From positions 248,001-312,000 of the forward strand of contig QPGO01000088.1 of the NCBI GenBank assembly GCA_008632985.1: a DNA stretch of 64,000 nt, given 5' to 3'. Source of the stretch: Psammoneis japonica (taxonomy: Eukaryota). The notes under the pieces were generated by a model. The model made no database searches. It worked only from the letters and a program-made list of their open reading frames with translations, and was not told the DNA's origin. How positions within the stretch are numbered: position 1 is the first letter of the stretch; each line of letters begins with the position of its first letter. Positions 1-14,060 of the stretch are shown here, one piece after another. Both the position numbers and the translations under genes were made by a program.

Positions 1-2
1 AC

Positions 3-395
3 TTCAGCCCCTGTTATCTTTTTGACGAAGGATCAACTGTTGAATGGAGTCCATGCGGAAAGAAGTTGGCTTGCTCATACCCTGGAATTAAGTTTGCATC
101 GGGCCCAGACGCCTACTTCGGAAATGAGGTACAGATTCTTGAAATGGACGGAACTTTCGATAACATTCAAGAGATGGTCTATGTGGAATCATTTTTGAGC
201 GAATCTTCGACAAAGTTTTACGGTGAGCTGACGCAAGCTATGCTTGCTCTGGCTGATGCTCCGGGCAACGATAACGGAACTGGCTTAATGCAAACTCTCG
301 CAGCTTTTGCCATTAGGGAACTCTATGAGAGGAAAACGGCGGCCATGAAGCTTGCAAAGTTTGATTCAATGATGAAGAAGGAGATGTTAAGATAG
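3..395 (+). CDS. PRK: Phosphoribulokinase paralog, 3' part (5' end lies outside the window)
   Basis: Frame from nt 3 reads FSPCYLFDEGSTVEWSPCGKKLACSYPGIKF...LEMDGTFDNIQE...STKFYGELTQAMLAL...NGTGLMQTLAAFAIRELYE, collinear with the C-terminus of the complete PRK at 973-2172; stop TAG 393-395. Confidence 0.93.
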   Translation, partial: FSPCYLFDEGSTVEWSPCGKKLACSYPGIKFASGPDAYFGNEVQILEMDGTFDNIQEMVYVESFLSESSTKFYGELTQAMLALADAPGNDNGTGLMQTLAAFAIRELYERKTAAMKLAKFDSMMKKEMLR

Positions 396-972
396 TACCT
401 TGTGTACTTTGTTACGAAGCGAAGCGCGACGAAACCTTGGAAAATTCGTCTGGTCCTACCTACTCTAGGGCCTACGACTACAGCACAAAAGTAAATAGGT
501 CTAAAAACTATTATAAAAACAGAATGCATGCGTCACATCTCCAGATCTACTCTGTGGCTACTACTAGCTAGAGTAGCTACTAGCTAGAGGGGAAACTATC
601 GTACTTTGCAGTTAGTCGTACAGTAGTTTTCGGAACCAGGTGGCGGATCTGGCGCATTTTTCCTTGGCTGGGAGTTCACCACGCAGCCGGCCGATGTTGT
701 GCGCTTCGCCTCGCAGTGTGAACAGAAGAGCTTAGCGCTGACAAAAGCTAAATAAATTTCACTTCGCTTCTTTGTAAGGGGTGATCCGGACACGTATGCG
801 CCTTCATCCGTGTCTAAGATTTGCCACGACGTCAGGCCTCCGAACCCTTTTCTACACAGACCCTGGTACATATTCTACGGGAGTCAGGTCGAGGTGTAGC
901 CACACGCACGAAGATCGCGACACCCCTCACATACATCATTCCTCTCACAATTTCATAGAGAACGTTTCGACA

Positions 973-2172
973 ATGAAGTTTGCTTGCATCGCCGCTTTCG
1001 GAGCCGCCACGGTTTCCGCTTTCACCCCCTCGGCATTCATGCCTGCCAACAAGCTCCGTGCTGTTGCCCCGGCCTCCAGCTCAAGCTTGAACATGGCGCT
1101 CAAGGATGGTCAAGTGCCCATTGTTATTGGAGTTGCTGCTGATTCTGGATGCGGAAAGTCGACTTTCATGCGTCGCCTTACCTCTATCTTTGGTGGGGAT
1201 GTCGTTGGACCTCTCGGGGGTGGATTCGACAACGGTGGATGGGAAACTAACACCCTTGTTTCTGATCTTACCACCGTTATCTGCCTTGATGACTACCATC
1301 TCAACGACCGTGAGGGCCGTAAAGTCACCAAGCGCACTGCCCTCGACACCGAAGAGAACAACTTCGATTTGATGTTCGAACAAGTCAAGGCCCTGAAAGA
1401 AGGCAAGACTATCAAGAAGCCTATTTACAACCATGTAAATGGAACCCTTGACGAACCCGAGACCGTCGAGCCCACCCCCATCATCATCTTCGAAGGTCTT
1501 CACCCCATGCACGACGAGCGCGTCCGTGACCTTCTTGACTTCTCCCTTTACCTTGATATCTCTGACGAGGTCAAGCTCAACTGGAAGATCCAGCGTGATA
1601 TGGAAGAGCGTGGACACTCTCTTGAGTCCATCCTCGAGTCTATCGAAGCCCGCAAGCCCGATTTTGACGCCTACATTGCTCCTCAAAAGAAGTTCGCCGA
1701 CCTTGTCATCGAAGTGCTCCCCACCCAGCTCGATGAGGAAGACAAGAAGACTCTTCGCGTTCGTTGCGTCCAGAAGGAAGGAGTTGCCGACTTTAGCCCC
1801 TGCTACCTCTTCGACGAGGGATCCAAGATTGAGTGGACTCCTTCTGCCGAGAAGCTTTCTTCCCCTGCTCCAGGAATTAAGCTGGCCTACGGTCCTGAGG
1901 AATTTTATGGCCAGCCTGTTTCTGTTCTTGAGATGGATGGAACTTTCGATAACATCCAACAGCTTGTCTACGTTGAATCTCAATTGAGCAACACCTCCAC
2001 AAAGTTCTACGGAGAGCTCACTCAAGCCATGCTTGCCCTTTCTGAGGCCCCTGGCAGCAACAATGGAACTGGTCTCATGCAGACCCTTGCCGCCTTTGCC
2101 ATCAGAGAGCTCTACGAGAAGAAGTCTGCCGCAGCCAAGCTCGCTGAGACTGCAGCCGCCGCTTCTGCGTAA
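973..2172 (+). CDS. PRK: Phosphoribulokinase, plastid-targeted, intronless
   Basis: ATG 973; signal peptide MKFACIAAFGAATVSA|FTP (ASAFAP-type bipartite presequence); P-loop GVAADSGCGKSTF; VICLDDYH, KPIYNH, KIQRDMEERGH motifs; strong C-ending codon bias. Confidence 0.97.
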   Translation: MKFACIAAFGAATVSAFTPSAFMPANKLRAVAPASSSSLNMALKDGQVPIVIGVAADSGCGKSTFMRRLTSIFGGDVVGPLGGGFDNGGWETNTLVSDLTTVICLDDYHLNDREGRKVTKRTALDTEENNFDLMFEQVKALKEGKTIKKPIYNHVNGTLDEPETVEPTPIIIFEGLHPMHDERVRDLLDFSLYLDISDEVKLNWKIQRDMEERGHSLESILESIEARKPDFDAYIAPQKKFADLVIEVLPTQLDEEDKKTLRVRCVQKEGVADFSPCYLFDEGSKIEWTPSAEKLSSPAPGIKLAYGPEEFYGQPVSVLEMDGTFDNIQQLVYVESQLSNTSTKFYGELTQAMLALSEAPGSNNGTGLMQTLAAFAIRELYEKKSAAAKLAETAAAASA

Positions 2173-3360
2173 TTTATATAAATTGAACAATTCGTTTTTT
2201 GAAAGCTACTGGCTTTGTTACGGTAGAGCGCCTTACACAGAATTCCCGAATGTAGCTAGCTGGATTCCCCGAAGGATGAGTGCGACGTCGAAGTAGAAGT
2301 GCAACTCGAGTCCCATTCAAGAACACTCGAAACTGCGATGACCAAGAAGATCCGGCCATGTACCGTAGGACCCGGGGCTCTACCGTAGATGAAGATGTGA
2401 TGGATTTGGCACACGATGCTCGCAAAGGCATGTCAGCTTACATTCAACCGTCGAAAAAAGACTCAGAGAAGAACTCAGCGAACAAAGGCTAAAACTGATG
2501 ACACGTCTGTGCAGTCTCTCTGCTCAACAGGCACTGTGGGCACTGTGGAAATTACAGAGCAGAAGCTGTGTGATCCAACTAAAAGCCGGAAGGAGCAAAG
2601 GACATGACAGCTCAATTCAGGGTGACAACTGCTGGATGGTGGAATGGAGACTGGCTGGTGACTGAATGGAGGACACAGAGGACCAACACAACAAAAAAGA
2701 GTGGTGGCACACATCTGTCTGAAAAACACACAAGAAAGCAAATCTGGTGATGGTGATGAGACCTTGCAAAATGTCTCCAGCGCTGTTTTCAAGGCATTCA
2801 ATGTGCTGTGTGCTGGCACTCAATGTGATGCAAAGAATGCAGACCTGGGTCATGACATGTCCAGGGCAGCCACAACTCATTTGTTGATGGACTGAGTCAT
2901 CTCAGTCTCAACCCACCTTTGCTTGGAAACCAACTGCTGTGTGACCCAAGAGTTGCAAAACGTGCCAAAAGTTTGCCCTCTGCATGAGGTTTTCTTGGCA
3001 GAAGCAAAGGAGCTTGAAAGAATCCCCGCCAGCTTGGAAAAATGAAAGCTGAGCAGCAACAGGGAAAATGCCTGTTGCAAAAAGCTCACATGATCAGAAG
3101 AACATTCCACGCAGTCTTCCCGTGGGGGGGGAAATTCCACACAGTCTTTCCGTGGGGGGGGGGAAGGCATCCAGACAGCTGATTTGCTGTGAAAACACAA
3201 GCAGTGCTCCAGAGTGTCATTCCAAAAGCAATTGACCACACAGCAGCATCACATCCAGCAAGAAACATCAGAGAAGAATCACCCACTCACAATGCTTCTG
3301 CTGGTGTGGACCACACATGCAACCAACTGACACCACACATGCAACCAACTGACAAAGAAA

Positions 3361-3561
<201 letters not shown>

Positions 3562-6500
3562 CAAACAAACAAACGAACCATTGCATCTGCTGGTGTTTGC
3601 TGTCTTTGACCCCATGACTGGACAGTTTGAAACACAGTCAAAAATCTCAACCAAGAGCACTCATGCCACATCGCCCCAACACTGTCAAGCAAGCCTGGCT
3701 GCACTGACACCCATGGCCAAGGAAGATCATCTTTGACGAGGGTGCCAAATTTGTTGCTGGCTAAATTTAGCCAGGTGACAGCCACAGAGCAACCATGGGG
3801 GGCTTCAAAAGAAAACTGGCATGAGCAAGCACATTTTACATGCAAATTCCTTGGCAGAGATTTGATCATTTTTGGCTCAGAATGTGGAGCTGGATGAGGG
3901 TGACGAGTGGAGTGGCATGAGCTCTCTCAGCAGTCACATTTGCGGTGAAAATGCCAAACAAAATTTGCCCAGAGCTGAAAGCAGGAGCTCACCACCTGCT
4001 CAAACAGCAAACAAGAGAGCTCCAAATGCAAAGAGTGCAAGTGTGCCACAGGGCAGCTGCAGCACTTGCTTTTCAAACAAGAGCAGAAAACTGGGCACAA
4101 GACTGACTGCCATGCAAACCCTGACTGTGCCCTGGCAGACACACGCATGTCAGTCTGTGTGGCAAACTGAGCTCCCCTGCCTGGCCCTCATCACAGCAAG
4201 GCATGCAGCAGCACAACATGCTGTGCTGTCAACAGGCAGACACCAGAAAATGCCATGTGATGTGAGAGCTTTCAACAGCAGAATGAAAAAAATGACACAA
4301 GCATGCTGTGGATGTTGTGCATCATGTCCTCATTGCACATGCTTGGCCCACTGAGCAGACATGTTGGTGTGCAATTGAATGCTGTCTGCAGGAAATGTGC
4401 GCTGCCCCAAGGACTGTGCACTGCACTGTGGCCCCCAAAGTTGTGCCCAGGTGTGCAATGAGCTTCTTTTGCAAATCCACACATTTTTCAGTGCTTGCCT
4501 TGTCTTAAGATGAACTTGGAGTGAACCAATTTGTGGTTGTGGACGGAGAAGCAGGTGCACGTGCAGCATCATGGGGTGAGTGCACAGCCCATGCAACCAA
4601 ACATTTTACAGCAAATTGTGCCAAGAAATTGGAAATGGCCTGACGCATGTCATCAACAGAAATCTTTGCATGGGCCCACTCTTCCATTTGTTGACAACCA
4701 AGTTTGGCAGAAAAGGCACACTCTGTTAAATTTGCAAATGCCAAGACTTTGTTGCTGGCACCTCTGGCAAACATGTTCTCTTTGTGCCACCCTGATGCAC
4801 ACAGGATAATTTGAAGAGGCTCTCAAAGCCTTCATTCCTGTGGTGTCAAATGCATCTTGCAAAGGCATCGCTGCAAATCTGACTGACCATTTGCATGAAG
4901 AAATGTCACGTTCATGAAGAGCAGGGGCACAGATGTGTCTCCACCAGCAACAAAACCCTTGTGTTGGATGGTGCCAAACTCAGGCAAATCAAAAAAGAAA
5001 ACTCTGTCTCCATGTTGTCTTCCTGGTTGTCACAAAAAGCCATCACATGAGTGCAGCACAGCTGGACTCCACACTTTGAGACTGAATTTTTGGTGTGCCT
5101 GTTGCTGATTTGGTGACCTCTTGCTCTGAGAAATGGTGCAGAGCATTGCAGCTGCTGGTTTCTTGCATGTTCTCACAGCCTCTGGGCAACCTCTCTGCCC
5201 CCCGGCGCACTCCTCACACTTGGCTTGAGCATTTGAGCTCATTTGGGTGACACTGAACTCTGGCAAGTCAACGACCTCACAGCATTGTTGATGGTGACAG
5301 CCTCTGGTGTGTGTGCTCTCACCCATGACACTCAATTCAGGAGCTCTTTACCCAGTGCAGACAAGACAGCTCTGGTGTCTCTGTGGTCTGGCACAACTGA
5401 CTCTGCCAGTCAGTTTGCAGACATCTTTGATGATGCCCAACAACATCTGAGCTGAGCAGTTGGCAGAAGGACTTTGACTTCTGATTTTGACCAACATTTT
5501 CATTTCATTCTGGCAGCTGGCAGCTGTTGCCAACAACACCTCTTGTTCAATTTGCAAAAAGAGCCATTGATGAGCTCCAACAAAGAAGCAGTTGGGAAAG
5601 CACAGCAAGCACACTTGCGACAATGTAGAGGATGCCTTGGCAAAAGGCAAACATGACTTTGCACAATTTGCCGCCAGGTGTGAGCTGCAATGTGGGCCTT
5701 GATTGACAAGAAGAACAATCTTTTTCATTTTGGTGCATCTGCAATGAGAGGAACAAACAAAACAATGCAAAAAGAAAATGCTGCTGTGAGCTTCTTGCTT
5801 CACTGATCAAGCTTTGATGTCTTTTTTGATGTTTGTTGCTTGACAACTGCACTGTCAGCACATTTCATTGCAGAGTTTTGTTGCCACACAAGCAAAAGCA
5901 TCATCAGCAATTTTCTGACCAAGCAAGCATGAGCCACCCTCCTGTCTGTGGCATGTTTGTCAGGCGTGCTTTGCACAACAGAAGTGCACTCCATGACTGG
6001 AAGAAGCTGTTGAATGTGAGCAGCCTGCATTGCTGTTGTGGTTGTCTGTCCATTCTTCATCAAATGACAGCTTGTGGCACCATGTGCCTGTTGGTTGCAA
6101 CTGTGAAACCATCCACAAATCAGCACAACTGCTGCTGTGGTGTGGCAACAAATGCCCCTCTCTCCATGGCTGCATCTCATCTCTGGGTGTTCTAAAATGA
6201 TGCACAAGTGGCCCAAATTGTGCACAATGTGTTCTTTGTTTTAGCAGCATTTGCAGCCCCCCCCGCACTTGTTTGTGACATGCTCTTGCTCTCAACAAGA
6301 AGAATCAAAATTTTTACACCTGTGATTGCACTTTCCACAGGTGTTGCAATGTTTTAAAAATCAACCAAGGTGGTCACAGCAGTTGTGATTTTGAATGATG
6401 TTCTGACACCGGCCCATTTTCAGCCAAAAAAAAAATCTGGCATTGCCAATGTTGTCAATTGAGGTCAATTGAGGTTGACAGTTGATTTTTCCAACAGTTG

Positions 6501-8469
6501 TAGATTTGCAATGTTTTGGTTTTGTGGCTTGGCATCTTGTTCAGAGTTGACCCATTTGTTTGGAAGAGCTTCAGCTCAACTCTCTCTGTTGAGTGTGTTT
6601 TTTGGTGTTTGTGCATCTCAGGCACCACACAACTCAGCTGCCAATCTGTTGTTTGCGCGACAGTGGTGCAGCACTGTTGCAATCCACTCTGTCCTCATTG
6701 CATGACTGACAACAACAAAAAGACTCTCACTTCAAAAGAACTTCTCATTGGACCAGCTCCCTTTTGACAGAGACAACACAATGACAAACTTGAATCCTTT
6801 CCTTCCATCCAATGTCAATTTGCACTCTGGAGCCCATCTCATCATGTCAAACAGCAGTCCCTGCAGTGGCCATGTTGTTGTTCAATCCCTGTCATCATTC
6901 ATGCTTCCTGCTTCCTGTTGCCGCAAGTGCACATCAATGACCAACTCAACCTCATCATCACATCACAGTCATTTGACAAATTCCAATGTCAACCCAGATC
7001 TTAGCATGGGTCAATCTGCACTTCATTCAACACCACTTTGAAGCTGTTGATTGGTGGCAAATGTGCTGCAAACATTTTTTGGGATGTCAAGTCATCTGGG
7101 CCAACATGGTTGCAAATTGATTTTGTGTTTTTGCTTTGGTCCGTGATTGCTCATTGCACTCTGTTTTGGCTCTGTGGCACAGCAGATTTCTGCTGTTGCA
7201 CACCAAATTGTGTCCACTGTCTGTGCAGCTCTTTCTCTGTGAGTGCACCAGCTTTGTCTCTTGCTGAAGATTTCAGAGGAATGTTCAGATGCTGTGCTTG
7301 TCCAAGTGTCAGCACCAACTTGCTTGTTAAATCCCACGTGGCTTGTGGTGGGAACCTGCTCAGGTTTCAAACCCAAAGACCACACCAAGAGTCCCACAGG
7401 GAACACCAACACCATGCAGCAAGCATCTTTCATGCATGAAAAATCTCTCAACAATGACATCTTGCTGCTGCAATGGCTGTCATTCCTGTTGAGATGGCAG
7501 ATGACACTGGCCATGTGTCTGCATGTGGGGGACACAATGCAAAGTTCCCACATTGTTTCCAGCATGAACAAATCCATCTGTTTTCCAACCAATGGCACCA
7601 CACACAGCACTGCAATTGTTGCTGTAGAACAACGCTGAATTTGCTGTGGAGAATCTTTCCATTGGAAAATTTTTTGATTGCCAAAGCTGCCTCTGACAAT
7701 TTGAAACTCACCTCCAGAGATGACCATGAGTGCAGATGTTTTCAGACATGCCTGAAAGCTCTGTCAATGAAGAAGACCAGGTGCATCTTTGTTGTTCAGC
7801 TTCCAAGTGATGAACACTGGCTCAAGTTTGAAAGGGGCATGCTGCATTGCCTGTCAAGGGAGAGGAGCTCAGCAATCTTGATTTGTCTCAATCGTTTGCA
7901 CTCAGCATCTTCATCTTGCCAAGTCACACTTGCAATGCAGAATGACAAGAATGAGACAAGCCATTGCATTGATCTTTTTTTAGTCACAAGCACATGAGCA
8001 ATGCCATGAATGCATCATTGTTTGATTTCATTTCTTCTTTAGAGTCGGATTGGTTGCATTGCCACAAGGAGAAAACACAGACAGCACTTCTTTTGAAGAA
8101 GATCTTCACTTGTTTCTTGTTTCCATGCAGGACAAGTGCTTGACAGAATCAACACAGAACCATCCAACATGGCATGCAGAGCACCGGCAAGAAATGCAAC
8201 CATGGCACTGCTTTTTCTTGCTTGTTGATCTTGGACGCATTGTGGTGGAAGCACACAGAGCCGCTGGTTCTCCTGACAATGAAAGGCAAAAAATGTGGTG
8301 CACTGGTGCAGGACAGGCGACAAATGAAAATGCAATTTCTTGCAAGAAAAATTGTGGAACAATGAAAAAGATGACAAAGAAAGTGGTTTCTGCAAGGTGA
8401 TGCAGGGACGGATGAAAGTGCAAAACACACACAGAAACCATCATCCAGACAGACCACCACTGTGATTCT

Positions 8470-10065
8470 CCTTGCAAGTGGTGGCACCCAGTTTGGAAGT
8501 TCTCAAGTCTGCTGCTGTTTTGGGCACAACAAGACACAAGGCCACAATGCCACAAGATCAAACTTGCAATGCCCAGCCACACTTCTCAAAGTGCTGCCTG
8601 GTGGCATTCACCAGCAGAGACCAACAGCATCATCTGCTGGCAGTTCTTGTTGGGTTGATTGGCAACATCATTGTGGGGCCCCTGCACTGGAGCTGGGAAA
8701 GTCAAGTCTGCTGCTGCTGTTGGTTGGGGACAAGATGATGTGGTGCCAGCACAACACCACAACATCAACCTTGCAGTGCTCAACCACACAGTTCTCAAAG
8801 TCACTCCTCAGTGCCCTCAGCTTGCAGCTGTCAGGTTGGTTGGTGCCACCACAGGGACCTTTTGCTCTGGTGTTTGGAGGTTCCTCAAGTCTGATCCTGT
8901 TCAAGACAAGGCAACATGTGGCCACAGCACCACATGGTCAGCCTTGCAATGCCCAACAACAGCTCTTGAACAAGTCTCACCCTGGATCTGCCAGATGCCA
9001 CCAGCATCCTCTGCCAGCAGCTGTCTCAGGTTGGTTGGCACTGTCATGTGATCCTTTCACTCTGGAGTTTGGAAGTTCAAGTTGGCTGGGGACACAACTC
9101 AACAACACCAACCTTGCAACATCCAGCTGCAGCTCTCAAAGTGGTGTCACCTGGGGTCTGCTGGAGACCGCCAAAGCCCTCAGTTTGCAGCTCATCAGGT
9201 TGGTTGGTGCTGCCATGGGATCCCTGTGCTCTAGAGTTGGGAAAGTCAAGTCTGCTGCAATTGGTAAAAAGGTGACATGGGGCCACAATGCCACCAAGAT
9301 CAACCATGCAATGCTCAACCACATTTCTCAAGGTGTGGCCTCTGGGCCCACCACCAGACACCACAAGCATGCTCTCAGCTTGCTTTTGTCAGGGTCCATC
9401 ATGATGGGGCCCTTTCACTCTGGAGCTGGGAAAGCTCAAGTCTGCTGTTGTTGGGGAGACAAGGCAACATGGGGCCACAGCATCACAAGATCAGTCTCTT
9501 GCAATGCCCAACAACAGCTCTTAAAGTGTTGCCTGTGGCCTGCCAGATGCTGCCAGTGTTCTGAGCTTTTGCAGCTGTTGGGTTGGTTGTTGCCAAGATG
9601 TGGCCCTTCAACTGTAGAGCAGGGCTGGGAAAAGTTCAAGTCTGCTCATCCTGTTTGGACAAGATGACATGGGGCCATGACCACACACAAGACAGGATTT
9701 GCTTGCACTGCTCAACCACGGTGGCTGTTGCAGCATCACCTGGGGTCTGCAAGAGACCACCAGCACCCCCTCAGCTTGCTGTTGTCAGGTTGGTTGGTGC
9801 TGTTGTGATGGGGTCCTTTGTTCATTCTGGAGTTGGGAGTTTGAAGTGTGTGCTTCTGGCTGGGAGGGTGCAACAGGGCACCACAACTCCACAACACCAG
9901 CGATGCACTGCCCAACACTCAGCCACAGTTCTTGGAGTGTTGCCTGGGTCCACCAGAGACAGCCAGTGTGCCCTTGGCCTGCATTTGCTTGTTCTTGGGT
10001 TGGTTGGTGCCATTGTGGGGCCACTTGACTCTGCTGAAGCTGAAGAAAGCTCAAGTCTGTGCTGA
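8470..10065. repeat. Degenerate tandem array, about 9 units of ~170-210 bp
   Basis: Recurrent motifs GGAGYTGGGAAAG(C)TCAAGTCTGCTG (~8490, 8689, 8876, 9064, 9232, 9422, 9622, 9829, 10041) and CAGCTGTCAGGTTGGTTGGTGC in each unit. Confidence 0.85.
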
Positions 10066-12949
10066 CCCACTGGCTGGAAACAAGACTGCACTGGCATGGG
10101 CAACCACTTGCCAGGGAGGAGAAACATTGCAGGAGGTGCTGCAGCAGCAGTGCCCCCATGTCTCTGGGTGCTGGCTCTTTGCAGGCACACATCCAGCACC
10201 ACGGGGTTGTTCTGCATGTTTGGATCAGCTGCAAAGATCAGCTGCAAAGATCAGCTGCAACAGCAGGCCTGCAGACACAAACAAACTGCAGCACAGACCA
10301 GCACAAATGTGAAAATTTCATTCTTGACAAGGGCCAACTGAGATCATAAAAACTGAGATGCAAGCCTTCTTCAAAAACAGATGTGCTGCATCTGACCAAA
10401 ACAATGATCAACACCCAGCTGCAAAACAAATGAGAGCTCACAACCAAACTGCATTGGCAATGAAGTCCGACAAAAAGAATCACACAGGCAACAATGACCA
10501 GGCCACCTGGCTCATCTCTGTGGCAAAAAGGCACATCACCGCCACACAAAACAACACAAAAACACAGGAAGATGCTTCCAAGCAGGACACAGACAATGAC
10601 AACATTGCAAAGCGGCACCAACAATGCCCAGGACTCTGCACACGCTAACAAAGAAATGCCATGGGAAAGGAAGAGGTCAGAAGTGTGACATGGGAGCAGG
10701 CAGCTTGAAGGAAACAACAACATTCCTTTTGCACTTTTTTGTCAAAAAAGTTGACAAAAGCAGCCAAGGACAAGAAATGAAGTGCTGCAGCATTGCACAC
10801 AGGCAAGCAGAAATGGCAGCATTGTGCCACACTTGCCAAATGAAACATGCCAAACTGACAATTTCTCTGCTGTCTTTTGCCAGGGATTTTGCTTTCACAT
10901 TTCACAATGAAGCACTGTCACAAAAACTGAATCTCTTTGAAACATGAAAGATTGGAGTGCACTGGCATGATGACAGCACACAGCCACGAGCACCAAGAGA
11001 TGCAAGACAGACTGCAAGAGACAACGGGAGACAGACAATGGGACTGTGGCAGCCTGAAAAGCAAAGAGAGCAAAGGCAATGGAACAACAGCATGGGGTGA
11101 GAGCATGAGGGCAGGCACCAAATGTTGAACACCACCAGGGCAAAAAGCAAACACCTTTGGAAAACAAAATTGCAAAATGCACGCCAGCTGACAAGTGACA
11201 AGCAAGCCACTCAAATTGTCAGCGTGCTCCAGCAAATGTGAGCAACAACAATTGGTTGGGTCAACTTGTTTGTGCATGTGCACAGAAATGAACCATGTTT
11301 CATTCATTGTGGTGGTTTCCTGTTTTGCCAATTTGGCTGCTGATTGACACTCCAACCTTCACAGTCATTGCACAACTGTGGCCAAGTTCAAAAGAAATCT
11401 CATCAAGAGCCTGCATGCTGTGAGACCAAATTTCCTTGAGAGTCTGGTTTCCTGCTTTGCCAATGCAGCCAATTGTCAAAATTGATCATTCACAATGAAC
11501 AAGCACTTGGCAAGAACACAGGCTTCTTCTTGTTGAACAAACCTCAACTCTGAACAAGAGCAGCTGCATTTTCCAGATGTTGGTGCAGCCAGCACAAACT
11601 GTGAGATTTTTCAACAACATGTTGGCCAATGCACACATCTGCTGAACATCATGCAGAGCTGTCTGGCCACTTTTTAACACAGTCACAGCAGATGGTGACA
11701 AAGAGACATGAGTCATCACAGCTGAGATGCACAACAAGCCCCCCATTGAGCAATTGTTGGTCATGTTGGCAGGGCTTCTAAATTTTCTCTTTTTGCACCC
11801 AAAAAACTTCTGCCAGCTTTTCAACCTGACATCAACACAACTTGCAACTTTCTCCAGTGGGAGAAGCACCTCAGCATGTAGGAGGACCACACATGCAATC
11901 CAGCACTGACCACACTTGTGACACATGGCACACCACACACCCCACTGCATGCTGCAGCCAGGAAAAAGAACCCCCTGTGCTGAAGTTGCCACTTGTCAGC
12001 TCAGGCACTCCCCCTTTTTCTTTTGTTCCACCTTCAACCCCAGCAACCTGTGGTCAACTTCTCCCACTTTCAACCCAAAAATGAGCACAAAGGCTTGCCC
12101 TCATTGACACACAATTTCTGGCCAGTGGCTGGAGATGCTCTTTCTTCTTTTTGCTCCAAAACTCCCTCCCTTTGATCACTGTCACTGACTTCAACAAACC
12201 AAGGGTAGCTCCCACCCCAGCAGTGCATTTGGGGTGAGATCAGCAGGCCCAGCAAAGGCCCAAGGGCCACTGCAGCACCACTGTGGGTGTCACCATGCTG
12301 CTCTTGCTGTTGCTCATTGGTGGCAGCAGTGTGTTGTGTCTCATGGTGTGGGGTTTTTCCTTCAATTGAGGTCATTCTCAATGAGTGCAGTTCACTGCAT
12401 CATTGCAATTTTGGCCCATCCAAGGGAAAGAGTGTGTTTGATGTCAGAGTGTTTGTGGCAAACCAGCCAGACTGACAAATGACACAGTGCACATGTGCTG
12501 CATCTAAAAAATGTCTCTTGCTTGCCTGCACAGGTCCAGCAGCAGGGCCCTGCGGCACACATCCATGTCATGGCAAAGTCAGCAATCCCAAATCTGCCAT
12601 CCACCCACAACAACAAACCAGTTCAATTCAACTCAATCTTAAAAATTACACAGCCCTTGCCAACTGCTGCCTGCCATGAGCTTTTTCACAATGCCTGATG
12701 TGCTGTTCAATCCACAACCATGGACAGGGTCAGAGCACATGTGCATGACTGAACAAGTGCAGCCCCACATTTGCAGTTGTGGGCAGAGACACTGCACAAC
12801 CAAAATGCCCAATTGAGATCTCAATCAGTGTCAAGAGAAGCAATGCCCAATTTTGCCACCAATGCTGCTTCCAGCCAATGCCATTTGCAGCCTTGATCTT
12901 CTCCCAGAATTTTTTCCATTGGCCCAGTGAACCACCTGGCAAGTTGGTG

Positions 12950-14060
12950 GTGGGAGGAAGGACAGTTGCAAATCTCTCCACACTCCTCTTTGACATGTCC
13001 ATCCAGAGTGCTGTGAGTTTGTAAAAGATTTTTGGATGCTGCCAAGTTGTCTGCACTCACTCAATGTTCCCACACATCCCAGGCAATGTCCTGCAAGTGC
13101 AGCACAATCAGAGTGGATGTGCCCATCACAGACCCATGTTGCATTGCTCCAAATGTTTGCAGCAGTGCTCTTGTTGTGTGTGAGCCCACTTGACAACCAG
13201 AAATCCATGAGCAAAGGAGCTGTTGCCAGCCATCTGTTGTGCCATGCATGCCTCTGTGACATGTCTGCACTCTGATTGGGTTGCTGGTGGAGGACTCTCT
13301 TCATGCCATGATGCAAGCAAACACATGGCTGCTGTTTTTGTGTCAGGGTGTGTGTGTTGCTTCATCAACCATTCTTCCAAGCCCTTGACATTTTCTCCCA
13401 AAGCTCTTGGGCTGCATGGGACTTGCAACGCAATGCATGGTTGATGTCTGTTTTCATCCGCACCACATTGCGGGTAAACTGGACTTTCTGTCCCCCCCCC
13501 ACCTGCACCGCAGGTTTCCATTTGCAGAAATGAATCCAGCTGGCCACTTTGGTTGCCAAAAGGTTGGGCAGCATTGCACTGCTCTGCCCAGTGCCATCAA
13601 GTTGATCTCAGCATGGGACAGTTCCACTCTGAGTTTTTTTGTCCAGTGGTTGGAAGGAGGTGGGCCATGTGTGTGATCCAGAAGTTGGGTCTTGTCCCAC
13701 TGTGTCATTGGAATTCCTCAAAGAGCAACTTCCCAAGTTTCTTGGGGCACGTCAAATGGCTCCAAAGCAGGCATGCTTGATGAGGCTTCCCAGCATTCTT
13801 TTTTCCAGTGAGTTCATTTCCACATTCAGCACTTCCAAACAGCTCAGTTGGCTGAGGATCAACTCCTGGTTGTGGTGTCCTTTGATCTGAGCTGGTGCAA
13901 CAATGATTGGAAGATCTTGCATCACACATCTGATCAGGTGGATTTGATCACAGTTGGTTTCTCTTAGATGGCAGTTGCAGTGGTTAAAGAAACTTGTCTG
14001 AAGAGCTGAGTCACAATCACATCCCTCTTCCGATGCAACAACAGGCCTTGCACATGCGTC
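12950..14060 (-). mobile_element. Decayed non-LTR retrotransposon (LINE) fragment with RNase H-like region and C-terminal Cys/His region
   Basis: Frameshifted peptides GCDCDSALQTSF...DLPIIVAPAQIKGHHNQE...LEVLNVEMNSLEK (RNase H-like xCDxxSAL / HxKGHQD), PQCGADE...HALRCKSHAAQELWEK...LEEWLMKQHTHPD, and DIAWDVWEH. Family assignment is from recalled motifs only. Confidence 0.6.

Noticed and set aside
781..972. N-terminal extension of PRK from a GTG start
   Set aside because: The signal peptide begins at ATG 973; the upstream part is promoter/5' UTR.
1081..2190. 369-aa antisense ORF over PRK, and 39046-39963 antisense ORF
   Set aside because: Shadows of codon-biased sense genes.
8470..10065. CRISPR array or leucine-rich-repeat gene (ELGK-like peptides)
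   Set aside because: Whole units are homologous with no unique spacers, the context is eukaryotic, and the variable ~190-bp period does not fit 72-bp LRR units.
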